The notes under the pieces were generated by a model. The model was not told where the DNA came from and did not search any database. It was given only the letters and a program-made list of their open reading frames with translations. The translations under genes were made by a program, and so were the position numbers. This document shows positions 17,041-26,403 of a stretch of 64,000 nt of DNA, in pieces. Source of the stretch: a virus; the IMG/VR virus record IMGVR_UViG_3300045988_117002. The stretch is one strand, 5' to 3'. Numbering within the stretch: position 1 is the stretch's first letter; the number at the start of each line of letters is the position of its first letter.

Positions 17041-17237
17041 CTTCTCACCAAATCCATCACAATCTTAACACCAAATCTCTCAAATGCTTCATAAGTTCTT
17101 TCCAACTCGTCATAAGTTGCCTTACTTAATCTGTCTCGCATCAACATTAAGTCATTTTCTGATGGATTAATTTCTTTTTTAATTTGATTTAATATAGCAT
17201 CTCTATATTTACATTTTATCGAAAAATCCCCAACCAT
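17037..17237 (-). CDS. hypothetical protein
   Basis: 66-aa ORF; AAGGAAGG RBS upstream. Confidence 0.5.
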   Translation of the reverse strand: MVGDFSIKCKYRDAILNQIKKEINPSENDLMLMRDRLSKATYDELERTYEAFERFGVKIVMDLVRS

Positions 17238-17256
17238 ATTTTAACCTTCCTTAGAA

Positions 17257-17484
17257 CTATAACATTACCCATAGATTTCTACCATAATATTCTCTTCTTA
17301 TATGAGAAACATCATTATCAATTTTAGACAATTCAACTTTTTCAAAAGTTACATTTTTGCAGCCATCCATAGTTCTGTTTCCAAATCTATTTTTAGTACA
17401 TTCAATTCCATTTGATAATTCCTCAACCATAACAGAAGTCACTTCTCGTAAATGTTTGATTTTTTGTGTTTCTTCATACGTCAT
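17257..17484 (-). CDS. hypothetical protein
   Basis: Track ORF 17257..17493; ATG at 17482-17484 lies 9 nt after AAGGA. Confidence 0.5.
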   Translation of the reverse strand: MTYEETQKIKHLREVTSVMVEELSNGIECTKNRFGNRTMDGCKNVTFEKVELSKIDNDVSHIRREYYGRNLWVML

Positions 17485-17522
17485 ATTATTCACATCCTTT
17501 ACAATGAAAGCAATTTTTCAAC

Positions 17523-17669
17523 TTATTCTACAATCTGTATAATATGAACATTTTCTTTTGGATAATTCATCTTCAAACAATCATCTTTGAATTTTCTTGC
17601 AGCGTTCAATGTCATTTCATCACTCATCTGATAACCGCCACTATGTCCTTTATATATAACTCTATACAT
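17523..17669 (-). CDS. hypothetical protein (48 aa)
   Basis: GGAGTGA RBS. Hand translation MYRVIYKGHSGGYQMSDEMTLNAARKFKDDCLKMNYPKENVHIIQIVE. Confidence 0.4.
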   Translation of the reverse strand: MYRVIYKGHSGGYQMSDEMTLNAARKFKDDCLKMNYPKENVHIIQIVE

Positions 17670-17691
17670 ATCTATCACTCCTTTAAAACCG

Positions 17692-17883
17692 TCATTTTAT
17701 GTTATTCTTAATCTTTTTTAATCTCTCTTGTGTTCCACCAAATTCGTAACACTTGCATGGTTGATTATTAACAGATACATCTTTTCCGTACTTCTTTCCG
17801 AAGCATCTACCAAGCCATTCTTTTTTTCTACATAGCTGGCAGTTATGCTTATTTTGTCCTGGTGTAATATGCATCATTATCAT
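17692..17883 (-). CDS. small Cys-rich protein
   Basis: 63-aa ORF with CQLCRKKEW...CKCYEFGG. Confidence 0.5.
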   Translation of the reverse strand: MIMMHITPGQNKHNCQLCRKKEWLGRCFGKKYGKDVSVNNQPCKCYEFGGTQERLKKIKNNIK

Positions 17884-17887
17884 CCTA

Positions 17888-18055
17888 TTAATTAGCTCTC
17901 ATTATTTCAAATATCTTTTCCTTCAATACAAGCTGACAAGCAATTCCGCAATCTTTCATATCGGTGATTGAAACATGGTTGTCCTCACAGAACTTCCTAT
18001 AATCTGTAACTGCCTGATTGATCTTCTGCGGATCCAGACTTCCTACATGATCCAT
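17888..18055 (-). CDS. hypothetical protein (55 aa)
   Basis: Hand translation MDHVGSLDPQKINQAVTDYRKFCEDNHVSITDMKDCGIACQLVLKEKIFEIMRAN. Locally higher GC than its surroundings. Confidence 0.4.
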   Translation of the reverse strand: MDHVGSLDPQKINQAVTDYRKFCEDNHVSITDMKDCGIACQLVLKEKIFEIMRAN

Positions 18056-18109
18056 GATTAGATTTCGGCAATAATAGACATCGTAGTATATCAGCTTACT
18101 AGATATATA

Positions 18110-18466
18110 TTATTCATTTTCTAACTCCTTCAGCTTTTTCGTTGCTTCTGCTCTTGTTAAAAATACTGTTTCTCCAAAAGATTCTTTGTAAAATATGATG
18201 CTAGATGTTGAAAATTCAATTGTTGTGCTTAAAATTTTTATTGATTTTATTTTTCTCCCGCAAATATTTTCTCCGCTGATGATAAAAACTGAATCTCCGA
18301 CTTTACACGGTAGTTTTAATAATAATCCCTGTTCTTCTAAATCTTCATATTCAGCAAGCTTAGTAAGAATTTTGTCTGCAAACGATTTTAATAATCCATC
18401 TGTGATTTCTTCCTTTGCAATGCCCGTACCATCAATATTTCTTTCTCTTTCTGTTAATCTTTCCAT
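18110..18466 (-). CDS. hypothetical protein
   Basis: 118-aa ORF; GAGGTGGA RBS. Confidence 0.6.
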   Translation of the reverse strand: MERLTERERNIDGTGIAKEEITDGLLKSFADKILTKLAEYEDLEEQGLLLKLPCKVGDSVFIISGENICGRKIKSIKILSTTIEFSTSSIIFYKESFGETVFLTRAEATKKLKELENE

Positions 18467-18634
18467 TATTCCACCTCTCTTACTTCCTGATATATAATTT
18501 CCATATCGAAATTACTTTCAACATCTGCGTTCGTCTTCATTACGTTTACTGATAAATTCATCAAAACTCAATATTTCTGACATGTTTATCTTCCTTTTGT
18601 TTGAAAGTTAAATTTCAAACTACTTAATACTATT

Positions 18635-18862
18635 TTAACATTCTTCATACCATATATCACAAATTGCACAAGTTAATTCAATCTGCATCATCCATGTTGC
18701 ATTACATCCAAATCATTATTCATATAATTCTTTTATTTTACCGATCTCTGAATCAATATCAAACATTCCAGTTTCTTCAACTTTTAAAAATTCAGAATAC
18801 AGTTTATGTAATTCTTCTTTAGTTTTAGTTCAAAAAATATTTTCATTATTCGTAGTAAATAT
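18635..18862 (-). pseudogene. decayed paralog of 11786..12007
   Basis: Hand translation ..NIF*TKTKEELHKLYSEFLKVEETGMFDIDSEIGKIKELYE**FGCNATWMMQIELTCAICDIWYEEC*, compared with the intact MGHVNIFETKSKEELVKLYGEFLKVEEMGFFDSDTDLDKIRKAYNEDFGSNTTWMLQIELTHAIADLWYKENK. Three in-frame stops, and the ATG is lost. Confidence 0.7.
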
Positions 18863-18884
18863 ACCTCTATCATTTTATTTTTCT

Positions 18885-19145
18885 TTATTTAATGTTTTCA
18901 ATTTCTTCCATTTTTTCTAAAAATAATTTCATTTCATTGACGGTAAGCCCAACAACAATATTTCTATCAGAAACCGTCTGATAAGAATATAAAACATATT
19001 CATTAGAGATTAATTTCTTCGCAATATCAACTTTATGAATATATTTAGATTCTTCATTTTCTCTAACATATTCATATAAATTTTCGTTTTTTATTTTCTT
19101 TTTAAAACCGATTTCTAATAACTTTTTATCTATATTTTTACTCAT
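18885..19145 (-). CDS. hypothetical protein; paralog of the partial gene at 1..296
   Basis: 86-aa ORF sharing the EIGF..K / VGLT..EMKLFL.KM blocks. Confidence 0.6.
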   Translation of the reverse strand: MSKNIDKKLLEIGFKKKIKNENLYEYVRENEESKYIHKVDIAKKLISNEYVLYSYQTVSDRNIVVGLTVNEMKLFLEKMEEIENIK

Positions 19146-19184
19146 TATTCTATCCTCCTAGCAAAATTCAATCTTGGAACTATT

Positions 19185-19391
19185 CTACTCATAATCTACT
19201 ATTCCAATTTGACTTCCCTGAGTTAATACTACTTTCTTTTCTTCTCCGTACTCCCAATCATTCACTGTAAATTCATCAATGTCATCTAACTCTGTAGCAA
19301 AATTACTTCCAAATGACTGTATCATTCCGATGCAAACAGGCATATCTTCATCATAATTTTCAAGTGCAGCTTTTAAATCTCCTACTGTCAT
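19185..19391 (-). CDS. hypothetical protein
   Basis: 68-aa acidic ORF, co-oriented. Confidence 0.5.
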   Translation of the reverse strand: MTVGDLKAALENYDEDMPVCIGMIQSFGSNFATELDDIDEFTVNDWEYGEEKKVVLTQGSQIGIVDYE

Positions 19392-19399
19392 AATTTCAC

Positions 19400-19600
19400 T
19401 TATCCTCTATTATACTTCTGTATATGCATATTAATAATCTCCGACTGACTAAGCATTCTTAAATATCCATTTCTTAATTCTTCATCAATCCAATCATCAA
19501 ATGATTTATCATATCCATGTGCAGTTTTAAAGACAAATAATGTCTTTAACTGATCTTCTGTATATACTCTTTTATCCGCAGCGCATTCAAAATATCTCAT
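19400..19600 (-). CDS. hypothetical protein
   Basis: 66-aa ORF, co-oriented; 8-nt gap to the next gene. Confidence 0.5.
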   Translation of the reverse strand: MRYFECAADKRVYTEDQLKTLFVFKTAHGYDKSFDDWIDEELRNGYLRMLSQSEIINMHIQKYNRG

Positions 19601-19634
19601 ATTCTTTACCTCTTAACATTGTCTTCTATATCTT

Positions 19635-19850
19635 TCATGTATTTTCCCTGTGAAAAATCTCATTCATCTGTAACATTAATTCAAGCTGCTCAATTTCCGT
19701 TTTCAACTTTTTCATTACCAGCAAATCATTAATTGTATTATCCTCATATGTGGGAGAATCTATGTTTTGTATATTTATTTTGAAGTATTCCTGTTTCTTA
19801 GATAAATCTTCTTGTAAAGAATTTATTCTTGCAATAATCCATTCATTCAT
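19635..19850 (-). CDS. hypothetical protein (coiled-coil)
   Basis: 71-aa ORF, co-oriented. Confidence 0.5.
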   Translation of the reverse strand: MNEWIIARINSLQEDLSKKQEYFKINIQNIDSPTYEDNTINDLLVMKKLKTEIEQLELMLQMNEIFHRENT

Positions 19851-19879
19851 ATTTTCGCTCCATAAAACTATTCTTTCAT

Positions 19880-20401
19880 CTATTGAATCTTACAATAATC
19901 TCTACTCATTTTTACAATTTGATTTGTAGAATAAGATGAATAAATTTTATTAAGTGCTTCTCTGTATTCAATAACATTAAAATCTTTTAATTTTTGTTCT
20001 GAAACTACTTTAAATAACTGTTTTGTAAATCTTTCTGATAATCCAACTAACCTCATATGTTTAATTTCTCCTGTTACAGCATCCACTAACATAATTGTCA
20101 GTCCTAATCCTTGATTTTTTCCAACTGAACTTAATTCTGACAAATTCTTGCTCAAATGTGACGAATATGGAGCGTCCATCCAATTAAGATTTCCGATTTT
20201 CGCCGTAATTATTATCAATCCATATAATTCTAAGAATCTTATTTCAAATTTATTTCCACTTTTAAATTGATTAATTTCATCTTGTGTTGGATTTCCAAAA
20301 AATATTATTAATGTTGCACCATCATCAGCAATATCAAAAAGAACACCTTCATGATGATTTTTAAAATTTTCTATAACCTGACCTACTCTATATGATGTCA
20401 T
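19880..20401 (-). CDS. hypothetical protein
   Basis: 173-aa ORF; 4-nt overlap with the upstream gene. Confidence 0.6.
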   Translation of the reverse strand: MTSYRVGQVIENFKNHHEGVLFDIADDGATLIIFFGNPTQDEINQFKSGNKFEIRFLELYGLIIITAKIGNLNWMDAPYSSHLSKNLSELSSVGKNQGLGLTIMLVDAVTGEIKHMRLVGLSERFTKQLFKVVSEQKLKDFNVIEYREALNKIYSSYSTNQIVKMSRDYCKIQ

Positions 20402-21363
20402 TTTACTTCAACCTCCTTAATATTATTTAATTGCTCAATATAACCATCTATTTTTATTTTTGCTGCATTAGTAAATCTAAAACCATTTTTCTCTGCAAAA
20501 ACTTCCACTTCTTTATAATGAGATACATCTACAATTACGCTTGAAGTGTCCCAATCCCATTTTGAAGTTTTTATTTTTCTCGCATCTTTATATATTTTAT
20601 CACTTTTGCCTTCCCATTTAATTGATAATAAGGTTGTATCTTTTCTTGAATATATCCATTTTGTATATTCATGTTTATATTTTCCGTCAACAGCTTTTTT
20701 AAGAATATCTTTATCGTGAATACAAATACAAAATCCATTTTTTAATAATTTATTTCCAATTTCCGCAGCTCTATCAGAGAAATCTCCAATAGTCTCTGTT
20801 AGGTTTCTATACCATGTTCCATCCCATTGATACTTGTTTGCTTTTACCAGATCAATAAAATCACTATTTTTTTCATATTGTAATACAATTCTATTATTAT
20901 TTTTTACAATTTCTACAATTCCGTTATGTTTTATTTCGTCAGGCTTTATACTATCTAAACTTACTAAAAGCTCATTCACTCTTTTCTTTTCATATTGACT
21001 ATGATATTCTTTAACAAACTTACCATTTAAACAATTTCTATTATCAATCCAAAATTTCGATTCTGCTTCATTATTTATTATATCATTAATATCAATATTT
21101 CTTTTTTCGCATTCTTCATAAAAATTAAGTCTAATGGTGTTAGCCCATGCTATCTGCTTTTCTGTGCCTTTCAAATCTGGAAACTCGTATTCTTTGGAAG
21201 TTTCCATTGATTTTTTATTCGATTCTTCTATTTGTTTAGCTTTGCAATTTTCACAAATTCCTTCAAAATGTCTATCTATCTTCCATTGTCTTTCAGACAT
21301 CTTTCCAACTACATTCACTCTGCCCTCATGTCCACACGAATATGTTCCATAATACCATGCCAT
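20398..21363 (-). CDS. hypothetical protein with N-terminal Cys/His cluster
   Basis: 321-aa ORF; N-terminus YSCGHEGRV...GICENCKAK. Confidence 0.6.
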   Translation of the reverse strand: MAWYYGTYSCGHEGRVNVVGKMSERQWKIDRHFEGICENCKAKQIEESNKKSMETSKEYEFPDLKGTEKQIAWANTIRLNFYEECEKRNIDINDIINNEAESKFWIDNRNCLNGKFVKEYHSQYEKKRVNELLVSLDSIKPDEIKHNGIVEIVKNNNRIVLQYEKNSDFIDLVKANKYQWDGTWYRNLTETIGDFSDRAAEIGNKLLKNGFCICIHDKDILKKAVDGKYKHEYTKWIYSRKDTTLLSIKWEGKSDKIYKDARKIKTSKWDWDTSSVIVDVSHYKEVEVFAEKNGFRFTNAAKIKIDGYIEQLNNIKEVEVK

Positions 21364-21383
21364 AATATTTCTCCTTCCGTAAT

Positions 21384-22004
21384 TTACTTTTCTCCGAAAA
21401 TCTCCATAAATTTATTATACTTAATAATCTTCGGAATATTTCCTTCTCTTTGCATTACAAATATATATTCTTTATCAATCATTCCAAGTGGCATGATAAA
21501 TAATTTTGATCCTTTATATTCATTTCCACAATCATCCATGTAAAATGTATTTGCGTATACTCCTTCAGGAAAGAATTTAACATCATAAAATTCATATCTT
21601 TCACCATTGTAATTTACATATTTTCCAACGAGATTCCGCAGTAATGGAAATGATCCTTTCCCGAAACCTTTAAATGGTTTATATTCTGGAATATATTCTA
21701 TGTATTCAAGATCATTTAATGTGTTATCAAGTTTATATATGTCATTATCAGAGAATTTATGCTCAGACACAAATGTTTTACTATAAAAACCATCAACTTC
21801 TGAATGACAACATTCATAAGCATATAATGTTTTCCCAGTTTTATGATTAACATATTCTATTTCTGTCCAAGATACAAATGACTTGTTAATATTAATATCT
21901 CTTTCTTTATATTGTATATTATTTTTATTTAATGCATCAATATAATACTCATCCACTTTGTCAATTACTACAAATTCTACCCCTTCAAAATATGTTTTCT
22001 GCAT
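21384..22004 (-). CDS. hypothetical protein
   Basis: Track ORF 21384..22016; ATG at 22002-22004 lies 5 nt after GGAGGA. Confidence 0.6.
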   Translation of the reverse strand: MQKTYFEGVEFVVIDKVDEYYIDALNKNNIQYKERDININKSFVSWTEIEYVNHKTGKTLYAYECCHSEVDGFYSKTFVSEHKFSDNDIYKLDNTLNDLEYIEYIPEYKPFKGFGKGSFPLLRNLVGKYVNYNGERYEFYDVKFFPEGVYANTFYMDDCGNEYKGSKLFIMPLGMIDKEYIFVMQREGNIPKIIKYNKFMEIFGEK

Positions 22005-22083
22005 ATTATCCTCCAAATTATACTAAAACCATCTTATTATTTTACCACATTATATACAAATTGTCCATGAGATAAGAATACTT

Positions 22084-22293
22084 TCATATATTAACTACGT
22101 TTCCGTTAAAGTTTTTCAAACGATTAAATTCGCTCGTAGCTCTCAATAATTCGCCAGTTTCCAGAAAGAAGAATATAGTTCTTTTCGAATCCTTATGGCT
22201 CTTCTGATATTCTTCTGGTATAAATCCTTTCAGCAAATATCCTGCCATTTTCATAGAATAAATATTTATATATCTGTTATTATTAACCCCCAT
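22084..22293 (-). CDS. hypothetical protein
   Basis: Track ORF 22084..22308; ATG at 22291-22293 lies 8 nt after GGAGGT. Confidence 0.5.
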   Translation of the reverse strand: MGVNNNRYINIYSMKMAGYLLKGFIPEEYQKSHKDSKRTIFFFLETGELLRATSEFNRLKNFNGNVVNI

Positions 22294-22347
22294 TATATTT
22301 ACCTCCATACATATGTAATATTCGTGTTGTTTGTAAGATTCTTATAT

Positions 22348-22749
22348 CTAATTTTTAAATTTAATATTTCTTTCCTCTAAATAATCAATTAATGGTCTAA
22401 AATAAACATCTGGTTCTTTGATGCTAGAAATGTTATTTTTCGCCCATTGAAGTAATTTTTCTGATAATTCTCCACCATTCACTAAATAATTCAATTCAAG
22501 AAGATGTAATTTATCTGCTACATCTAGTGGATATTTTTCATATAAGTATTTAGATGGAAGCATACATATCCATTCTTTTGCCAAATAAGTTTTCATCTTT
22601 AATTTAGTAATTTTCGATTTTGTCAATTCGCTTATCAAATCAATTCCATCTTCTTCCATATCATTTAATCGAAAGAAATTCTGTATAACTTCTATATCAG
22701 TTCTGCCAGAAATCTGTTGTTCCGTTACTAAATCTTTTAATGTAATCAT
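22348..22749 (-). CDS. hypothetical protein
   Basis: 133-aa ORF; AGGGAGTGAG RBS upstream. Confidence 0.6.
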   Translation of the reverse strand: MITLKDLVTEQQISGRTDIEVIQNFFRLNDMEEDGIDLISELTKSKITKLKMKTYLAKEWICMLPSKYLYEKYPLDVADKLHLLELNYLVNGGELSEKLLQWAKNNISSIKEPDVYFRPLIDYLEERNIKFKN

Positions 22750-22776
22750 TATCTCACTCCCTTTGAAAACTGGTTT

Positions 22777-23052
22777 TCATCTACTCTTTTCAATCATATC
22801 AAAAATTTCATCCCAATCAGAATAATTCTGTAATTTTTCTTGCGGAACTAATAATTCATATTCTTCTTCAATTTCTTCTCGTGATCCATATCCATTAAAA
22901 CTAGGAAGACTACCAAATAATTCATTATGTTTTTCCATTTGTCTAAAAACAACAATGCTTTTCTCTGGGAAATTTCCCATATGTGTAGCGTAACTATCAA
23001 TTTGAATAATTGACTTATCTTTTTTGTTTACATAAATATCTCCAAGTTTCAT
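22777..23052 (-). CDS. hypothetical protein
   Basis: Track ORF 22777..23067; ATG at 23050-23052 lies 8 nt after GGAGGA. Confidence 0.55.
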   Translation of the reverse strand: MKLGDIYVNKKDKSIIQIDSYATHMGNFPEKSIVVFRQMEKHNELFGSLPSFNGYGSREEIEEEYELLVPQEKLQNYSDWDEIFDMIEKSR

Positions 23053-23117
23053 TTTATTTTCCTCCATGAAATTCTCGTTTCAAATTGACTTACACTCTCT
23101 GTATTCTGATTCTGTAA

Positions 23118-23417
23118 TTAATCCTTCATTATACATATCTTCAAGCGTTCTAAATATTGCATTCGCTCTCCAACTTGCATAACAATGACCATCAAATTCT
23201 CCAACAACTGCATCTTCATTCTCTTCTCGTTGTTTTTGTAATTTCTCTCCCAAATCCCAATTATGAAAGAAAACGCTTTATATTGAGCTGCAATAATTCT
23301 CAATAATTCTATTTCGTATTCTTGTGAAATTAATTTCTCTTGTGCATTTAATAATTCCAATCCTGCACTTCCTAATGGACTGTTCTCAATTCTATTCTTA
23401 AAATATTTGTCATTCAT
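23118..23417 (-). CDS. hypothetical protein
   Basis: 99-aa ORF, co-oriented. The C-terminal third looks odd, so an undetected frame problem is possible. Confidence 0.45.
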   Translation of the reverse strand: MNDKYFKNRIENSPLGSAGLELLNAQEKLISQEYEIELLRIIAAQYKAFSFIIGIWERNYKNNEKRMKMQLLENLMVIVMQVGERMQYLERLKICIMKD

Positions 23418-23438
23418 AATTTTTATTCTCCAATTATA

Positions 23439-23507
23439 TTAACTCAACAGCGCAATAATGAATACTGCAATTCCTACATATGCGATTATACATCCTAAAG
23501 TATACAT
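23439..23507 (-). CDS. 22-aa hydrophobic micro-ORF (paralog of 28661..28729)
   Basis: MYTLGCIIAYVGIAVFIIALLS, compared with MYELGYCLGIGLTILIIVAILS at 28661..28729. Same length, and the same position directly 5' of a larger gene. Confidence 0.4.
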   Translation of the reverse strand: MYTLGCIIAYVGIAVFIIALLS

Positions 23508-23522
23508 CTCATTTCCCCAATC

Positions 23523-24077
23523 TTATTTATAAATGTTACTTGTAATATGAACAGTCGCATAATATGTTCTTCCAATCTCTTTTGCGATTTCCACATTACC
23601 CTTATTCTGTTTCATAAGAACTTTAATTCTTCTTCGTTCTTCTGGTGTGATCTTGTTTCTATGCCTTTCTGGTATGTACGAATTTTTTATACTACACATC
23701 CAATCTGGCTCTGGTAATATAGAACCAGCTTCATATTTACGCCAGTTGATTTCTGTTTTATGATTTTTCGCCCATTCCCAAAAGTTATCAGGATCAATCA
23801 GATATCGTGTCGAATTGGAAACTTTAAACTTCTTACATGGAAGTTTTAACTTTTCAATCCATCTGATCACAACAGATATGTCACAATTGAATGCTTTTGC
23901 TATTGTTTTAGCAGCAAGGCATTCTCCGCAGTAATGATTAAGACCTAATTTCCTCGCCTTATGTTTAACAGATGATACACTTCTGTTCAAAAATTTTGCC
24001 GTAGTTTCAACTGATTGATTCAAATACCTTCTATACATATAAGTTTCTTCATCTTTTGTCCATTCTCTTCTTCCCAT
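23523..24077 (-). CDS. DNA-binding protein with two HTH-like segments (Myb/SANT-like N-terminus)
   Basis: REWTKDEETYMYRRYLNQSVETTAKFLNRSVSSVKHKARKLGL, plus a C-terminal ..RRRIKVLMKQNKGNVEIAKEIGRTYYATV. Confidence 0.55.
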   Translation of the reverse strand: MGRREWTKDEETYMYRRYLNQSVETTAKFLNRSVSSVKHKARKLGLNHYCGECLAAKTIAKAFNCDISVVIRWIEKLKLPCKKFKVSNSTRYLIDPDNFWEWAKNHKTEINWRKYEAGSILPEPDWMCSIKNSYIPERHRNKITPEERRRIKVLMKQNKGNVEIAKEIGRTYYATVHITSNIYK

Positions 24078-24120
24078 ACACTACCTCTTAGCTCTAGCTT
24101 TCAATAAAATACGATTTTCA

Positions 24121-24339
24121 TTATTCTCTAAAACAGTTTTGATAAATAACTCCATTTTCGTTTATGTGTATTTCTGTTACATTTTTTACATCTGCAAAAG
24201 TTTCGCCGTGTAAATGATTATTGATATATTTATAAGCTTTTTCTTTTGCATCTTCTTTATTTTGAGCATATAAAATACAAATTTTACAAAATATTTCATA
24301 GCCAGTGTCTATAATTAATTTCACTTTATAAACTTCCAT
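24121..24339 (-). CDS. hypothetical protein
   Basis: 72-aa ORF, co-oriented. Confidence 0.5.
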   Translation of the reverse strand: MEVYKVKLIIDTGYEIFCKICILYAQNKEDAKEKAYKYINNHLHGETFADVKNVTEIHINENGVIYQNCFRE

Positions 24340-24501
24340 AAATTTTCTCCTATTTATGCAACATTTCTCTCAACCACACATCAAAGTTAAAATTTTCCAT
24401 ATTTTCTTCTCTTTCTGTATAATTTCCATTATAATTACGAAAACAGTTTCCAGAATCACGCTTGTCTTTATCCCAATGTTCTACATATTTATTTGTTCCT
24501 T

Positions 24502-24720
24502 TCATTCTTTCTTCACCTCTTCCATAAGATATGATAATCCCTTACTATAGTGACGATTGAACCAATCATATACAGCATTCTTATTAGTTCCTTTTGGAAA
24601 TGCATACCATGCAGCTTTAAGATTTCCATTACGATCTACAGGAATACTCTGAAATTCTTTCCATAATGCTTCTACATTCTTATCAATTATATTCTGTAAC
24701 GTTAATTCTTTTGCTTCCAT
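24502..24720 (-). CDS. hypothetical protein
   Basis: 72-aa ORF, co-oriented. Confidence 0.5.
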   Translation of the reverse strand: MEAKELTLQNIIDKNVEALWKEFQSIPVDRNGNLKAAWYAFPKGTNKNAVYDWFNRHYSKGLSYLMEEVKKE

Positions 24721-24932
24721 ATAGTTCTCCCATCATTTATGAATTTGTTGTATGATTTGCAAAAAGGATTAAAACATCTATCCACTAACACAAATTTCCC
24801 ATTAACAAAATCAAAATACTGTTTTCTACTTTTCTGTCCGCACACATAACAATTAATCATGTTCTCATTCCATTCTTGATACTGAATCACAAATTTTCTG
24901 ATTAAGTCTCTGATATATTTCCGCTGACTCAT
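24702..24932 (-). CDS. small zinc-ribbon-like protein
   Basis: 76-aa ORF with CYVCGQ...CFNPFCKSY. Confidence 0.5.
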   Translation of the reverse strand: MSQRKYIRDLIRKFVIQYQEWNENMINCYVCGQKSRKQYFDFVNGKFVLVDRCFNPFCKSYNKFINDGRTIWKQKN

Positions 24933-25079
24933 CTACTCATCTAATGCTTTAATTACAGATGTTTCATATGTTAATTTTTCTGCTCTGTAAACATTGTCAA
25001 TTAAACAAATCAAACCATTTGATAAAATACTTATTTCCTTTGGTGTAAGTTCCAATTTGATTTTCCCGTTATTGTCCAT
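24933..25079 (-). CDS. hypothetical protein (48 aa)
   Basis: GGAGGAAAA RBS. Hand translation MDNNGKIKLELTPKEISILSNGLICLIDNVYRAEKLTYETSVIKALDE. Its stop abuts the next ATG. Confidence 0.45.
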   Translation of the reverse strand: MDNNGKIKLELTPKEISILSNGLICLIDNVYRAEKLTYETSVIKALDE

Positions 25080-25103
25080 AATATTTTCCTCCTGATCCTC
25101 ATA

Positions 25104-25283
25104 TTAAGTGAATTGCATTCTAATTTTCCTTAAATCATTAACCGCATAATCACATATTGTTTGTAAACTTACGCTATCACAATCATCGTTTACCACTTTT
25201 GTTAAATCTTCGATAATTCTATCAAGATCATTTCTTAACTTTTCTGTTTCGTTGAATGTAAGAATCGTGCATTCTTTCAACAT
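25104..25283 (-). CDS. hypothetical protein (59 aa)
   Basis: GGAGGAAAT RBS. Hand translation MLKECTILTFNETEKLRNDLDRIIEDLTKVVNDDCDSVSLQTICDYAVNDLRKIRMQFT. Confidence 0.45.
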   Translation of the reverse strand: MLKECTILTFNETEKLRNDLDRIIEDLTKVVNDDCDSVSLQTICDYAVNDLRKIRMQFT

Positions 25284-25295
25284 AAATATTTCCTC

Positions 25296-25754
25296 CTACA
25301 AATTAGTTGCGTTTCCATCTGCATCGTATTTAATTGGCTCAAAATGTCCTACATACCCAATATCTGTTTCCTTATCATAAATTCTTATTGAATGACCTGT
25401 ACCACCTTCAAATGAATAACGTTTATCATCAGATTCTAATAAATTAATTATATGTTCAACAATATTACATAACTGTATGGCTTCTTCTTTCTGTTTTTCG
25501 ACTTTTGTTATTTTTACATAAAACTTATGATTAAAACACCATTTAAGTGAATGTAATACATTTAATGTTTTATCGTACGTTCCACCAATAACACATCCAT
25601 ATTCATAACAAAATCCTTTACTATCATCAAAATAAATATATTCATCTTCTTCTAATCCATCAGAAAATAATTTATCTGTATTTCCTAATTGGACAGAATT
25701 AAGACCGGCTTGTAAAGTAACTTCTCTATATTCATTTGTTGGATAAAATTGCAT
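25296..25754 (-). CDS. hypothetical protein
   Basis: 152-aa ORF, co-oriented. Confidence 0.6.
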   Translation of the reverse strand: MQFYPTNEYREVTLQAGLNSVQLGNTDKLFSDGLEEDEYIYFDDSKGFCYEYGCVIGGTYDKTLNVLHSLKWCFNHKFYVKITKVEKQKEEAIQLCNIVEHIINLLESDDKRYSFEGGTGHSIRIYDKETDIGYVGHFEPIKYDADGNATNL

Positions 25755-25804
25755 ATGTATTCCCTGTTCCTTTCTGCAAATTAATTAGTTTTATAAATAT
25801 TACT

Positions 25805-25966
25805 TTATGATTCGTAATTTCCTTTTTGAACTTCATTTTTAATGTAAAGTGGAATAATCCCAAATAACCAAAATGAAGTTTGCTTTATATATTGTTCACC
25901 AACTTTTGTATAATAACCAGATTGCTTAACTTTTTTAATGTAAAATCTTTCTCTTTTAACTAACAT
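25805..25966 (-). CDS. hypothetical protein (53 aa, one TM-like segment)
   Basis: Hand translation MLVKRERFYIKKVKQSGYYTKVGEQYIKQTSFWLFGIIPLYIKNEVQKGNYES. Confidence 0.35.
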   Translation of the reverse strand: MLVKRERFYIKKVKQSGYYTKVGEQYIKQTSFWLFGIIPLYIKNEVQKGNYES

Positions 25967-25992
25967 ATAACAATCTCCTTTCGATCAAAAAT

Positions 25993-26370
25993 CTATTCTA
26001 ATTCTTCTATTGAAAATCCATATTTTTCTTCGAATTCATTTTCCCCGTAAGTCTCTAACATATCCATAATATTAGGATGTTGCCAATCAACAAATTCAAA
26101 TAATTCTTCTGCTACATCTTTGTGTCCATTACATTCTTCTACAAAATCATTTCCCGTATAACAACTATGAAGAACATTTTTAATTTCTTCCTTATTTAAT
26201 TTTGTATCTATATTAATTTCATTCAAATCAATATCTGGAATATAAATAATATCATCAGTTATTTCAAAATCACTTTTATATATAATACAGTCCTGTCCAT
26301 CCGAAAAATGAAATAAATCTTTAAGTCTATATCCTTCGATTAATTTTTTCTTTAATTCTTTTGCTGTCAT
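25993..26370 (-). CDS. hypothetical protein
   Basis: 125-aa acidic ORF, co-oriented. Confidence 0.6.
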   Translation of the reverse strand: MTAKELKKKLIEGYRLKDLFHFSDGQDCIIYKSDFEITDDIIYIPDIDLNEINIDTKLNKEEIKNVLHSCYTGNDFVEECNGHKDVAEELFEFVDWQHPNIMDMLETYGENEFEEKYGFSIEELE

Positions 26371-26403
26371 ATTTATTATTCCTTTCTTAAAATCATCATT
26401 TCA

